Of a DNA stretch of 64,000 nt, positions 25,709 to 39,498 are shown one piece after another. The notes beneath the pieces are model-generated. The model worked only from the letters and a program-made list of their open reading frames with translations. It was not told where the DNA came from and ran no database searches. The position numbers were made by a program, and so were the translations under genes. The DNA is from Octopus bimaculoides (lineage: Eukaryota), in assembly GCF_001194135.2 (NCBI RefSeq), contig NC_068992.1, forward strand, positions 1,860,775 to 1,924,774, written 5' to 3'. Every line of letters begins with the position of its first letter. Position 1 is the stretch's first letter.

Positions 25709-28083
25709 TGTCGATATATAAGAACATACTCCCTCTCGCGTAATCTATATTCAGTATCATAGTATATGTCGCAGACTCTTCCAGGGCATCAAAATTTAGG
25801 ATCAGAATCACTAAGCGCCATATTTTGTATAATCTCAAAATTATTGTTTTTTTTTTTGTTTTCTGTTACTTTTTGGCAGTTACATTTTAAAATACAACAC
25901 TTCAATTTTGGTTGATTTCAAAACAAGGTAACTGAATTGTTCCCACGCGTACCGTTCGCCGTCTTACATAAACATGATATTGTCTTCTGTATAAAAGCAT
26001 TAGAACTGTCGAATAGAACTTCCACCGATAGAAAATAGCTCACTCTCGCCTTATTTCTGTGTGATCTCAAGAAACGTACTTTAGTTAAAATTCTTCTGAA
26101 ACCTTCGAATTGTTAATGTTTTCTGAAAGACATTAAAATAATTGCGCACTCGCCAAAGAATAACTAAACTAATTCACAAGATTAGATACAATTCCAGTAC
26201 TAATGTATCGGAACCAATATTTCCTTGACACGAATTTCCTCATAGCTGTTGACAGTCGGTATTTACTGAAAGATTATGTAAGAAACATAAATCATAAAAT
26301 TAAATAGTAAAAATTTTACTTTCACATCCAGATTGCTGTTTCATTTTTTGAGAAGATATAGTATTCACGCAAGAATATCATCAGTTAGAATTTCCTAAAT
26401 GTCAGTTGAATCAATATTATTTCAAATGAATAATGATAATTCTTGCTTAGAAATGATATTATCTATGTTATTTACATATTTCCTCATATAATGATACATT
26501 ACTTCACGAATTATGTAAACTAAATAATAAAGTCATTTACGCTAACTACTGCTATATTTCGTTTAAATTATGTTGTTATTGTGGCTAGTTAAAACCATAA
26601 TTCACAAATATTCTTCAAGAAGAAATCGATAGTAATATAATTATATGTTTATATATGTGGGAATGTTGAGGAGAAAATATAAGCTATCTCCTATTCAGTC
26701 ATTATAGTAAGTGAAAAACATATTCCATATCATAAGCGAAGAGAAAATCATAGTGGCAGAACCATTACGTCTGTAGCTATAGATTTCGCAAAAGGAAATA
26801 GCTTAACCGGTAACCGGATATCGGAACCCAATGTCGGAATATCAGAGGTTTCCTTTCACACTGTAGTGCTCATGGAGGCCCTACCACATCCGTATGTTCT
26901 CATAAAACATACAGTAATGTTTCTATATACCTCCATCTATCTCTTCTCTTTCTCTCTTACAATATTATACCTACATGTGTGTGTCGATATGGCTGTGTGT
27001 CTCTCTGCAAGCGTATACATTACGAAGATATTCATATAATTTTCATATAATTACTTTTAAATCTGTGATCATGAGTAACATACCTAACATTAATAGAATA
27101 TTCCTGTTTTAATATTACTGGATAAAGTTCTGAAATGTTTTCCGTAAATACAACACCACATATATTTCACGCACATATGCAAATACTCGCCAAAAGACGT
27201 ACGCAGAAAGAAACAGATATATATATANNNNNNNNNNNNNNNNNNNNNNNNNNNNNNNNNNNNNNNNNNNNNNNNNNNNNNNNNATTTGTATTACTTGAT
27301 TACAACCATTGTGAATTTCAACCAAGCACAAATCTAGAGCTACTTTATGTTTTGCTTAAAATTTATATTAATTTGTTCTCAATGATCGTACATCTGTATG
27401 TATGCGTGCGGCATGTGTTGTGTTCTCTGTTCTCTGTCTATGTATGTGTGCTATGTGCGTGCATGTATGTGTGTGTGTGTGTGTGCGTGTGTGTGTGTGT
27501 TGTGTGTAAGTGTGTGTTGTGTGTGTGTGTCGTTTATAAGATGGTAATTTTCCCCCTGAAGGCAAGAGATGGGACTCTACCCAGCTGCTATTTAATCTTG
27601 TCATCGAAAACCATCATCATATTCCTAATTTCTTCGGATGGCTAATTAAATAACTGGTGTCGAATATAAATTCTTTAAATTGTGACATTCTTCCTCGCAC
27701 GAATTTGTCAGATCTCAATATTTTTCTGCTTTTCCATTTTTTTAATTTTTCATCTTGTAAATTATTCCAAGTACAGAGAATATTATTTCTTGAATTTTAA
27801 GGAATTAAACATTTAGCCATGAAGGAATTAGTTATTTACATCAGTTTGACTATTCTCTCAGCACCATGAATTCGGTAAAGATTATACTATTCCCTGCAGA
27901 AAGAAAATCCGTTACACTTGGGCAGTTATGAATGGCAATCTCCATAGCACACAACTATTTTACAGAATATCAACGAATTATCTCAGAGAAATTTTCAGAA
28001 TCCAATATACTTTAGATTTATGCATGCCGGATCATTATCATATTTTCAAAGAAATAATACAGAATGGATAATGAGATATATTA

Positions 28084-28300
28084 AAGGCGGTGAACGGACG
28101 GAATCTTCTTTGCACTGGACAACATTCTCGGTAGTATTTCTTCCGATTTTACGTTCTGATTTCAAATGCTACCGAGGCCGAATATGCTTTTTATTCTTTC
28201 TATATCGGTAAAATAGGTACCAGTTTGGTACGGGGTTAATATTACCTGTCAGCCACCTCCCCTCAAAATTGCTGCTCCTCAAACAAAATTAGAAAAAAAT
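28084..28300 (+). mobile_element. SINE family A, diverged copy
   Basis: aaggcggtgaac...ttacgttctgatttcaaat...taaaataggtaccag. Confidence 0.7.
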
Positions 28301-28324
28301 TATTAGACAATGATTTTTGAGCGT

Positions 28325-28574
28325 TGTTTACATTATTTACATTTGACGGATATTTGTCCTCATCTTGTCTATTGTTAATTCAACGTTTCGAATGATATAC
28401 CCTCCAGCCTTCATCAGGTGTCTTGGGGAAATTTCAAATCTGGGTTCTCATTCCTAAGGTATATTTCGATGTTGTTGTTGTTGTTATTATTATTATTATT
28501 ATTATTCAAGTCACTGCTTGGAATCGAACAAGAAATCTTGGGGTTAGTAGCACGTGCTCTTAACCACTATGCCA
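28325..28574 (-). mobile_element. SINE family D: tRNA-type Pol III head, (AAT)n/(AAC)n spacer and hammerhead-bearing 3' tail
   Basis: Minus strand: A box TGGCATAGTGG (28574-28564), B box GTTCGATTC (~28529-28521), microsatellite, then gacacCTGATGAaggctggagggtatatcattcGAAAcgtt. Confidence 0.75.
28376..28424 (-). ncRNA. Minimal type I hammerhead ribozyme motif (mutated in stems I and II)
   Basis: gacac CUGAUGA a ggcug..cauuc GAAA cgU U gaauu; homologous copy at 48401 has the pairing bases. Confidence 0.65.
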
Positions 28575-28596
28575 CGAGTTCGATTCCAAGCAGTGA

Positions 28597-28675
<79 letters not shown>

Positions 28676-28789
28676 CAATAATAATAATATTCCCTCTGCA
28701 GGCAGAGGGAATGGTATCACACCGTACCACTACGTTGACCAGATCCTAAGACCTCGAACCGGACGGCTGGTTTAATTGCAATGGTACAT

Positions 28790-29010
28790 AATTATTCTTT
28801 AGATTTCATACTATTTCTTATAAAGTGTCTTTGGTACAACCACCATTCATGTTTATAAGAAGATAGTAATTTGCAGATATTTTTGGAGAACCGTTTGTGG
28901 TGTTGCTGACAACTTTCACATAGAACAGCATTTTCTAACACAAGGTTATCGTTTGGAAGCTTTCTTATTTGTTTACCTTTCATATATTTTGTAACCGTCT
29001 TTGGTGTTTC
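28790..29010 (-). mobile_element. Possible Penelope-type GIY-YIG endonuclease remnant
   Basis: Frameshifted reading LPNDNLVLENAV-KVVSNTTNGSPKI...SSYKHE resembles CPLxxxCLxxNxVYxAxV...YIG...SFKHE; weak. Confidence 0.3.
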
Positions 29011-29137
29011 CATAGCAAACCTCGTGCTTCCAGCTGGAATGTGATATATCTATCACAGATCAAAGAGAAGCTACGCTTCCTGTCAACGTAGATGGCATAC
29101 TGTAGTTTGCAGATATGTAACCATATATAGAAATTTG

Positions 29138-29197
<60 letters not shown>

Positions 29198-30955
29198 ATG
29201 TTTTCTCTTTGCAGAGATTAATCCACTTATGACCGCATGGATTAGTTGTATACTCTGACTATGCATTGAAAAATTCACTTACTCACAAGAGGTTATTTTT
29301 TTCCTTTTTTGAATACAGATGTCAAGTACTCATTTCATATTTTATGTTATTTTTCATTCGACTGTTTTATTCATTTTTTTACTAGTTTATTTTCTGGATC
29401 TCATATCATATTTTATTTCAAATATTATTTTTTATTTCATATATTTTCCAAGTAATATTTTGTTAAGGTTATTTAAGTATATTTTTCCTTTGTAGAATTC
29501 AAGCAGATTCAAAGTGGTAATTTTGTTTGGTTTATGTCAAGACGGTTCCATTTGTTTCCCGATTATATGAATGAATTAGTTTGTGCATATATAGATGCGT
29601 CTGTGTTTGTGGATAAACTTGAATTCCTGCAGTAGATACGCCTGTTACTTTAGTAGAGAAGTGTGTGTTGTTCATTAATGCTTACGTTCGTGGATTCTGT
29701 TTGTGTAACTAGAATCTCGGGGATGCTTTACATATTTTTCAGTAATCGATTGTATTTGGAGATTGCGAATCAGTTTGTTTTGTTCTTTCTTCGAGATCTC
29801 CAGCAATTCTAGTTTCCTTGTTTGTTTTGTTTTTATTTTTCTTATATACAGATCATTTCTAACATAGCCCAGTACACTTATGATAATAGAAGTACAGAAA
29901 ATGCAAGTATGTATGTCAGTATGTAACCATACGACGTTACTGCATGTATGTATGTATTTGATATTTATAAGTCGTTGCCGTTCTACGCGAAACAAGTAAT
30001 TATAATCCAAATGCACCGTATGCTCATTCATGAAAAAGACGTCAAAATTCATTATTAGTCGGTATTTCCTATATTTTCTTATTCACTTCCATCTCTCTTC
30101 ATTTCCTTTATTCCGTTTAGCGTTTACTTTCTTTTCTTCTTCTTCTTGCTGTCTTTTATATATCTTCATTCTTTCTCTTCTTTTTCTTGCACACTCGTCG
30201 TCGTTTTTGTTGCTGATAGTAACTGCTGTTCATAATAGCGGGGAGGTCAACATTGATGGAATCCTTATTGATGATGATATCGATAGATATAATGTTATTT
30301 GTTTTCATTGAGACGTTTTTTTTTTTTTTTAGTAATTACAGTTTTATTTCTTTTTCAGCGATCTACCCATTTTCCATTATTCAGATTCTATCTACGAACG
30401 ATTTGCTGCGTGTCCTGTCAATGACCAAACAGACAAATATATGTAAGTAACCCTATATCCATATATCATTTAATTAAGACAAATCCATTCACATATATCT
30501 TGTACTTATATACTTTGATTAAACACTAAAGTCGGGTTAATCGGAAAGCATTTCAGAAAAATGATTATTATTCGGTTGCATCTCGATGTCTGGGAGTATA
30601 CTAAACTCTGCAAATGTAATCAGTAAAGCTTACAAATACTACTGGAGAAAGCATAATTTATGATACAGAATTAAACTTATCCAGAGAGGGTAATTTATAA
30701 GATGTTACGATGTTTACTCATTGTGAGTACGTTTTTCTTTGTCGCCTAAAATTCAATGCTATTTAGCTGCAGTATATCATGTTGTGCTCTCCGTACGATT
30801 GGCCAATAGATCAACTGGAAACAATTGTATCAATTTGCAACGCTTGTTTCGGTTAACCACGCTTATGGTTCACACAATTATAAGGAGCTGACAAAATAAA
30901 GCAATCTGCTTTCTTTTATACCTATTTCAGCATGACACAGCATTGTACCTTGTTG

Positions 30956-30987
<32 letters not shown>

Positions 30988-31356
30988 GGAACTTTTTGTT
31001 CGGAACACGTTCCAAGATTTTATTAATTACCTCGTCATGCTCTTTCATTTCCGAACAACTAACCCTTCTTCGCAAAATGCTAAGCACCAAGTTCCCCAGA
31101 AGAGCATTTCAATGGTTTTCGCATATCCGATCTCATGTTTCTCAAGCAAATAATGCAACAAATTTTTGTTTGCACTTACAGTTTTCCACTCGTGGCTGAC
31201 GTATATTCAATTAAATTGTGTCGACGTGAGTATTACAACGTGTTCATATACTCGTTATACCGGTGAGCTACGCTGACTTGGGATATATTCTTATTCATAT
31301 CACTACTGCCAAATTATATACATCTACTTACATATATATATGTATGCGTGTGCATC

Positions 31357-31415
<59 letters not shown>

Positions 31416-34195
31416 GTGCGTGTGTGTATATGTGAAGCTGAGCCTAGTCTGGTGATCCTAGAGACGATAATGGGGCGATTACCTCACCTGTCAGTATGTG
31501 TATATATTGCGCTCTTCTTCCAGTATTAATAATGTTTTAACACTTTTGAATTTTGAGTTTAACCTTTATCGTTCGGAGAGTTATAAAGTAATAAAAATTT
31601 TCTGAAGCATCTTTTCGTGTAATTAGCCTAGGTTAAAACATCTTCTTATAATCAATTGTACTCCAATGGAAATCAAATGAATGATATGTGCTCAGCACAT
31701 TATTTTCATTGAACATTAATCACTGTTTAATTTGGTGTGGTTCATTGGATACCAGTCGCATATTATACTTTAGTCATCACTAGTTGCTATAATCAATGAG
31801 AGAGAAATAAAATCCTAAATCGTAGCTCAGCTCAAATCTATTTCACGAAGCGGACAAGTCATGAGGAATACACGAAGACATTGATATAAGAAATCCACAA
31901 AATATTAGCATTGTTTTATTCTCTCGAACTTTAGTCACATGTAATGTCGTCTACGTTTTTAATGCGACAGAGCCTTCTGGAGTACAGAGTAGCAATGTTA
32001 GGATATGTGTTCCTTCTAGTGAGGCGGACCGTTACAATTCTAGAAATTTAATGTAAAATAGCAATTCCAAGTAATTACGCCATAAATACATTTTAATGTC
32101 TTTATAAGCCACGGGTGTACCTAAAATTATCAAGTATTGATCATGATCAAGGGGCTCCTGATGACCCCATACACTTGCTGGCCTCCGGTATGCAGAGTTC
32201 TCGATTAGTAGCACTTGCGTGTGCAAGTTTGCAAAACATCTAAGGTGATAGTCAGGTAAATATGTGAGAATGTTTAGTGAGTTTGAGTTTGCAACTGGAG
32301 TTTCTTTACTGCGAGCAACGTCTCGCAAAATATTCTGATACCTAGAAGTTAACTTGAATTTTATCCGACTTAATCCTCAGTTAGTGATTAATTTTGTCGA
32401 TGTTGTTGTTTCTGTGCAACCCTATGATGGAACATTTGTCATCCCATCGTACGTTATTTGTTTATCATCCTAGCCTACTGTATCCTTCCTGTTTTAAGAT
32501 GATAGAATGAGATTTAAGTTATTATTTCTATTATAAACAGGTCAAGTGACCACATAGAGAAAGCTCTTCCGTTAACTCGTTATTATATTTGTTGTTTAGG
32601 GAAGTAGTTTCTCGTATAAATGTTGGTAATGATTTCGTACATTTGCCTCAATAACTAACAATATAAACCACTTTATATTAATACTGCCTGAAAGTAAAAT
32701 CAAATGAGGGAAGCTTTTTCTCCATTCATAACTTTCTCCAAGGTATCAATGATATTTGGGGACGTAAAACAGCTTGAACTGTTCATGGAAATCGTGATTC
32801 ATTTTCTACGATCGAGATTAAACTCAACAACGCCCACCGTGGTGTAAGATAATTAAATATAAAAATTACTGAAAAGCACAAGTTGTAAGGACGAGCTGAT
32901 AAATCCTTCGCATGTTTCCGGAACTTGTCACGATAATCTGATGATTGATGAATTCTCCCCACTGGTGCGGCGTTAGTCAATCTCAGGCAGCGATATCAAA
33001 GCCTTCTCTATGTTTTACAAGTAGATGAGATAACTATATAGATCTAAAATACCATAAATTACAATAAAATGTATTGAGGTCGCTTTACAAATGTTAAAAT
33101 TAGCAGCACCACACTCTACCTGCTTCAAAACGAACATATTGGCCAATGTAGAAATTAGGTGTGCAAAAAAGAGCAATGATCATATGTTAACAGCTTGAAT
33201 CTCTTTGATTATAGATTTGCAACAAAGAAATTGAATCACTACAGTTCAATTTATGAAGTAGATGTATGAAATATATATATATATATATATATATATATTT
33301 CTTTTGAAGCCATTTCACCTCTACTCGTTTCAATGTTACAGCTTTAATAGTTTGTACTGAATAGCCAGCACCCTTTGAGTGGTATGGCTTTGTGACACCC
33401 ACCATATATGCTTCACTCCATACCACTGCACTTGAATCGTTAATACCTTTTGGGGACTCAGTTTAATTCGCTAATAAATTTGATGTGAGAAAAATGGAAA
33501 GAGTGGGAAAGAGGCAAATAAGATATACGGTAATACAAAGATAAAGTGACAAGAAGGGGAATAAAAAAAAATTGAGAAGAAACTAGAGAATAATATCTCA
33601 TTACGTCTCACTTCTATATATAAAAAAAAAACAGAAGGAAATGAAAGCGAATTAAATACGTGAAGATCTACGTAGTAGCCACATTCTATAGATTTATCGG
33701 AGATTATGTCTTCAGAATCAACAAGCAAAATAAAAACCAATCCCTACCCTAATTTCCCTACCCAGTTCTTGGATAAAGTAACATTCCCTTTTTTCTTTCC
33801 CAGCTTCCAAATTACTATTTCTTTTATGTTTTTAGCGCTTGTTCGTCAAAATTTCTTATACAGTTCTTCATTTTCTTTCATAGAGGGAGTTTAGGGAAAA
33901 CGGTGGAAGTAAGCAACAGGAAAGAAAAATAATAACAATAATAATAAATAAATGAATAAATAACGAAACGCTCGTCTAAAGTTCGTAACTGGAATGGAAT
34001 TCATGATTTTTATATTGGTTTCAATGGAACACCTCGTTTTGGAGAAGGAAGGGAAAATAAAATTAGCCAAGTTTCTGACATTGAGAGGAATTTTACCCAG
34101 CGACGTTGAAACGCGATGCTCTCTCTCTGTTCTACAGTTTCAGACTCTGTCTGCCCATGGATATATGGAAATGATTTACACACTTCCACCCCACT

Positions 34196-34236
<41 letters not shown>

Positions 34237-35455
34237 TACACAGAAACCTCTAGAAAGAAACCTTTCAACACATTCATTGACCCACCCCCNNNNNNNNNNN
34301 NNNNNNNNNNNNNNNNNNNNNNNNNNNNNNNNNNNNNNNNNNNNNNNNNNNNNNNNNNNNNNNNNNNNNNNNNNNNNNNNNNNNNNNNNNNNNNNNNNNN
34401 NNNNNNNNNNNNNNNNNNNNNNNNNNNNNNNNNNNNNNNNNNNNNNNNNNNNNNNNNNNNNNNNNNNNNNNNNNNNNNNNNNNNNNNNNNNNNNNNNNNN
34501 NNNNNNNNNNNNNNNNNNNNNNNNNNNNNNNNNNNNNNNNNNNNNNNNNNNNNNNNNNNNNNNNNNNNNNNNNNNNNNNNNNNNNNNNNNNNNNNNNNNN
34601 NNNNNNNNNNNNNNNNNNNNNNNNNNNNNNNNNNNNNNNNNNNNNNNNNNNNNNNNNNNNNNNNNNNNNNNNNNNNNNNNNNNNNNNNNNNNNNNNNNNN
34701 NNNNNNNNNNNNNNNNNNNNNNNNNNNNNNNNNNNNNNNNNNNNNNNNNNNNNNNNNNNNNNNNNNNNNNNNNNNNNNNNNNNNNNNNNNNNNNNNNNNN
34801 NNNNNNNNNNNNNNNNNNNNNNNNNNNNNNNNNNNNNNNNNNNNNNNNNNNNNNGGGGGAGGGGAGGGGGAGGGGGAGATGGAGAATGTTGTTGTTGTTC
34901 TTCTTGTTGGTTGTGGTGGTGGTGGGGCATAGGGTAGTGGAGCGGAAACGAGAGGTAGAAAGTATTCTGCGGGAATGTGTTAAATAATTAGGTCTTAAGG
35001 AGAAACGGAAATGGTTGCTGCTGGAGATGTTTTCAGCACTGCTTCTGACGATGAAGATCATGATGATGATGGTGATGGGGGTGGTTGTGGCGGTGGTGGC
35101 TGCAGATGGTAGAAAGTATTATTGTTGGTGATATTGTTATTGACGGTGGTGGTGGTGGTGCTGCTGATGCTGGAGGTGGCGGCGGTGTGATGGTGATATT
35201 TGTAACGAATGAATTGGGTTATTGACAGGTAGGGAGAGTAAAGGATACACACCTCCCTCCCACCTTCATATTTACGTGTGCGCGCGCGTATCTGTGTATG
35301 TATATGTAAGTACATGTATATGCATGTATATAGGAACGTGTGTGTATACAAGTATACGTTTTCCTTCAATTGTGTGTGTGTATATATATGTGTGTGTGTA
35401 TAAATATATATATATATATATGTGTGTGTATGCGTGTGTGTATGTGTGTGTGTAC

Positions 35456-35501
<46 letters not shown>

Positions 35502-35742
35502 NNNNNNNNNNNNNNNNNNNNNNNNNNNNNNNNNNNNNNNNNNNNNNNNNNNNNNNNNNNNNNNNNNNNNNNNNNNNNNNNNNNNNNNNNNNNNNNNNNN
35601 NNNNNNNNNNNNNNNNNNNNNNNNNNNNNNNNNNNNNNNNNNNNNNNNNNNNNNNNNNNNNNNNNNNNNNNNNNNNNNNNNNNNNNNNNNNNNNNNNNNN
35701 NNNNNNNNNNNNNNNNNNNNNNNNNNNNNNNNNNNNNNNNNN

Positions 35743-35798
<56 letters not shown>

Positions 35799-36169
35799 AT
35801 ATCCGTGTAGATGCATGTGTGCGTTCATACTTTGCATTTATAGAGAGAAAGAATGGTAGCAATGAACGAGGAGGGTTAAAATGTGTGTGAGTTGGAGGAG
35901 GAATCATGTAAGAAGTTTCCGAGGGAGAGCCTGGAAGCTGTAAAGAATCCCATTCATATATAGGAAGGTTGGGTTGCTTATGGACATAGTCTGGTTGTGT
36001 TTAAGTTAATAAATTAGCAAGTTATAATTTAAGCCTTGTGCATAGAAGTTCGAATCGATGTTTTGCTTAAAATATATGTTTGTCACCCTCATCAGGATTT
36101 TCTCCTGTCTCAGCTGATAGTATACGTAATGTCTGACGTCCATAAAGTATTCTTGCTTACAGAGATATC

Positions 36170-36560
36170 TTTTGGCTTTCAGTAGTTTCAGTGCTTCGAC
36201 TGCGGCCATGCTGGATATCGCTGTGAAGTATCTGATAGAAAAGTTGACCCCGGTACTTTTTTTAAGCCTGGACCTATTATATTGGTTTCTTTATGGCGAA
36301 CGATCTCAGTCGTCAATCGATGAACACAGATCTTCTCACGCTCTTTGTCACGCGCACACACACACACGCGTGCACACACGCACGCACACACACGCAGCGC
36401 GCGCATATATATAGAGAGAAATAGACTGCTATCAATTTACTCCCCCAACATTCTACCACAAGGCTTTGGTCGGCTCGGGTATATTGAAATCACTTGCCCT
36501 GCCCGAACCCAAAGCCCTGTGAGTGGGAAACCAATTTCATACCACAGAGCCACGCCTGGG
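36170..36560 (-). mobile_element. SINE family B, diverged full-length copy with expanded internal (CA)n
   Basis: Tail part gactgcggccatgctgg at ~36199; head part aaggctttggtcggc...cacttgccc...accacagagccacgcctg at 36460-36560. Confidence 0.8.
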
Positions 36561-37457
36561 CCTTTTATAAATTCTTTAAGGCACGGGACATTCAACTTGT
36601 TCTATCAACCATGTTAGTCTGTCATTCCTTAGTCATCATTTAGTTCCCCCTCCGTCATAAACTCATGACATAGACTCTGTCTTTTTTTCTCCCTCTATAT
36701 ACGTCTGTCTGTCTTTCTCTCGTTCTCTCTCTCCCTCTTCCTCACTCTATCTGTCTGTCTCTGTCTCTGTCTGTCTCTCTCTCTCTCTCTTTGACTAGTC
36801 AAAAATTATTCTTTCTTTCGTAGGCTTAATGTTGTCGTCATTCGGCAGTCAAATCTGGAGCCTGCTCATTTCTTTTGTCGTACTTTTCTTTGCCATAAAA
36901 ATGGGGAAAAACAACAACAAAGAGAAAACGAAAAAAAAATGAAAAAACGAAAAATTAACCAATCAACAACCAACATCGATGTATTTGTACAAAATGAATA
37001 TTTACCTAATGTAAAGATCAGTATACAAATATAAATAAGGTGATACATGCTTGCGCGTGCGTTTAGATATGCATATATATATNNNNNNNNNNNNNNNNNN
37101 NNNNNNNNNNNNNNNNNNNNNNNNNNNNNNNNNNNNNNNNNNNNNNNNNNNNNNNNNNNNNNNNNNNNNNNNNNNNNNNNNNNNNNNNNNNNNNNNNNNN
37201 NNNNNNNNNNNNNNNNNNNNNNNNNNNNNNNNNNNNNNNNNNNNNNNNNNNNNNNNNNNNNNNNNNNNNNNNNNNNNNNNNNNNNNNNNNNNNNNNNNNN
37301 NNNNNNNNNNNNNNNNNNNNNNNNNNNNNNNNNNNNNNNNNNNNNNNNNNNNNNNNNNNNNNNNNNNNNNNNNNNNNNNNNNNNNNNNNNNNNNNNNNNN
37401 NNNNNNNNNNNNNNNNNNNNNNNNNNNNNNNNATATATATGTATATACATATATATG

Positions 37458-37496
<39 letters not shown>

Positions 37497-37865
37497 ATGT
37501 ATGTGCGTACGTGCGCATTGTCTGCATTGAGTGTGTCTATATAGTTATGTGTGTATATTCAATAAGCCCTGGAGATTAGCGCTTTCCGTTTCGGCAGATC
37601 AAACGGGAATAGCATAATACTTGCGTTTTCAGAGGCCTTGAGCAATATTTCACCCCATACTACTACTCTCTATCCCCCCCCCCACACACACACCTACATC
37701 ATCAAACAGTTTATTCCAATTACACAGACATTCCTTTGCGCAAACACACCCAAACGCATCTATTAGAACGACGAATACATCAGCACATCCAACAACAAAT
37801 AAAATGCTGCCAAATACATACGTACATACATATATATATATATATAGATACGTATGTGTGTGTGA

Positions 37866-37915
<50 letters not shown>

Positions 37916-38400
37916 TTGTGTGTGTGTGTATGTGTGTGTGTATGTTTGTGTATGCATGCATGTATATATATAATATATATATACATACTCATACACACAT
38001 TTATATATATATATATATGTGTATGTGTGTGTATATGTACATACGTATATATATATATGTATATATATGTATGTATACACACATATATTTATCCACATAT
38101 ATGCACTTTCAACAGTACGACAAAGAGCATTCTCTGTACATCCTCTGTGCTCTTCCTTCTCAAACACTCAATCACAAACAAGCTAAACATAGCTTACATA
38201 CGCAATTAAGACGATAAATAGTATTTGCTTTTACGCACTATACGTGCAGTCCTCAAGCAAACACCACCACCCAACAGATACAAATGCATACGCAATGTCT
38301 CCTTATATATCGTCGTTACTGATGATTTGGCGATATGTAAACCCGAACACAGGCTCGTGCCTTGTGCCAAAATCTGAAATTATTATTATTATTATTTTTA

Positions 38401-38578
38401 TGGCGGCGAGCGAAATGCTTAGCTTTATTTCGTCTGTCTTTATGTTCTGAGTTCAAATTCCGCCGAAGTCAACTTTGCTTTTCATCTTTTCGGGGCCGAT
38501 GAAATAAGTAGTAGTTTAGTACTGGGATGATCGACTCACCCCGCTCCCCGAAATTACTGACTGTGTGCTAAATTTGAT
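38401..38578 (+). mobile_element. SINE family A copy (head partly deleted)
   Basis: ggcggcgagcgaaatgcttagc...gagttcaaattccgccgaagtcaactttgc. Confidence 0.85.
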
Positions 38579-39134
38579 AATAGTTATTACTTACAGACAC
38601 ATTACCCTCTCGGTTGTTTTCTACGAGTCGCTAAATCACATTTACACGTTTGATTCACGCCTACTACACCAACACACCTCACAAAAAAAAATTCCGTATT
38701 TCAAATAAGAGGCCAACCTAACCAACTTGCTACACTAATTTTATTTTGTCCTAAAAACCATATTGTAAGCATTTTTTAAATGTTTATAAAGTAAATTAAT
38801 ATACCAAAAGCGGTAAATATTTCTCGAAGTGTATTTGGTATTGGTAAGGTAAAAGTTGTAAAGCTAGCTATTGGGTTTTGGAATCTTTATTTATATAAAC
38901 TGATTAGCTGTACAATGCCTTTAAGTGCAAAGAAAAATTAATAAGAATAATTGGCTCTATAACTATTGCAAGAAAGCTGGAAGACGACAGACAATGACAG
39001 TAGAGAATAAATAGAAAATGTCTTTAAATAAGATGCGTAAACAGCATAGTTACCGAAACACTGTCAGAGCTTAAACTGTAGAATAATGCCAATGACCAGT
39101 AGATAAAACTATTGGATGTATGGATATTAATTTC

Positions 39135-39330
39135 AATTTTTGACACAAGGACAGCAATTGCGAGGAGGGGATCACTTGATTATATCGACCCAAACCTTTA
39201 AGGGTTACTTATTTTGTCGACATCGAAGAGACGAAAGGCAAAGTCGATCTGGGCGGAATTTGAAATCAGAACGTATACAGAAATGAAATGTTGCTTAGCA
39301 TTTCGCTGACGATTCTGCTAACACGCTGAC
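39135..39330 (-). mobile_element. SINE family A copy
   Basis: gaaaggcaaagtcgatctgggcggaatttgaaatcagaacg...gacgattctgctaac. Confidence 0.8.
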
Positions 39331-39498
39331 TTATGGATCATTGGATATTAACATATAATAAAGTTAATAATATTCGAAAATCGACAATATAATACATAGT
39401 TTTATTAGGATTGCTTTTATAGATAATCCATGTAATATTGATGATAAAGTTGTGAATGTATACAATCACGAACTTTCGATGGTGCATTTATTAACATA

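Noticed and set aside
32032-32328. 98-aa minus-strand ORF
   Set aside because: No recognisable domain or splice context; length within chance range.
34856-34878. G-quadruplex motif (GGGGA)n
   Set aside because: At a gap edge and part of a simple repeat; true length and context unknown.
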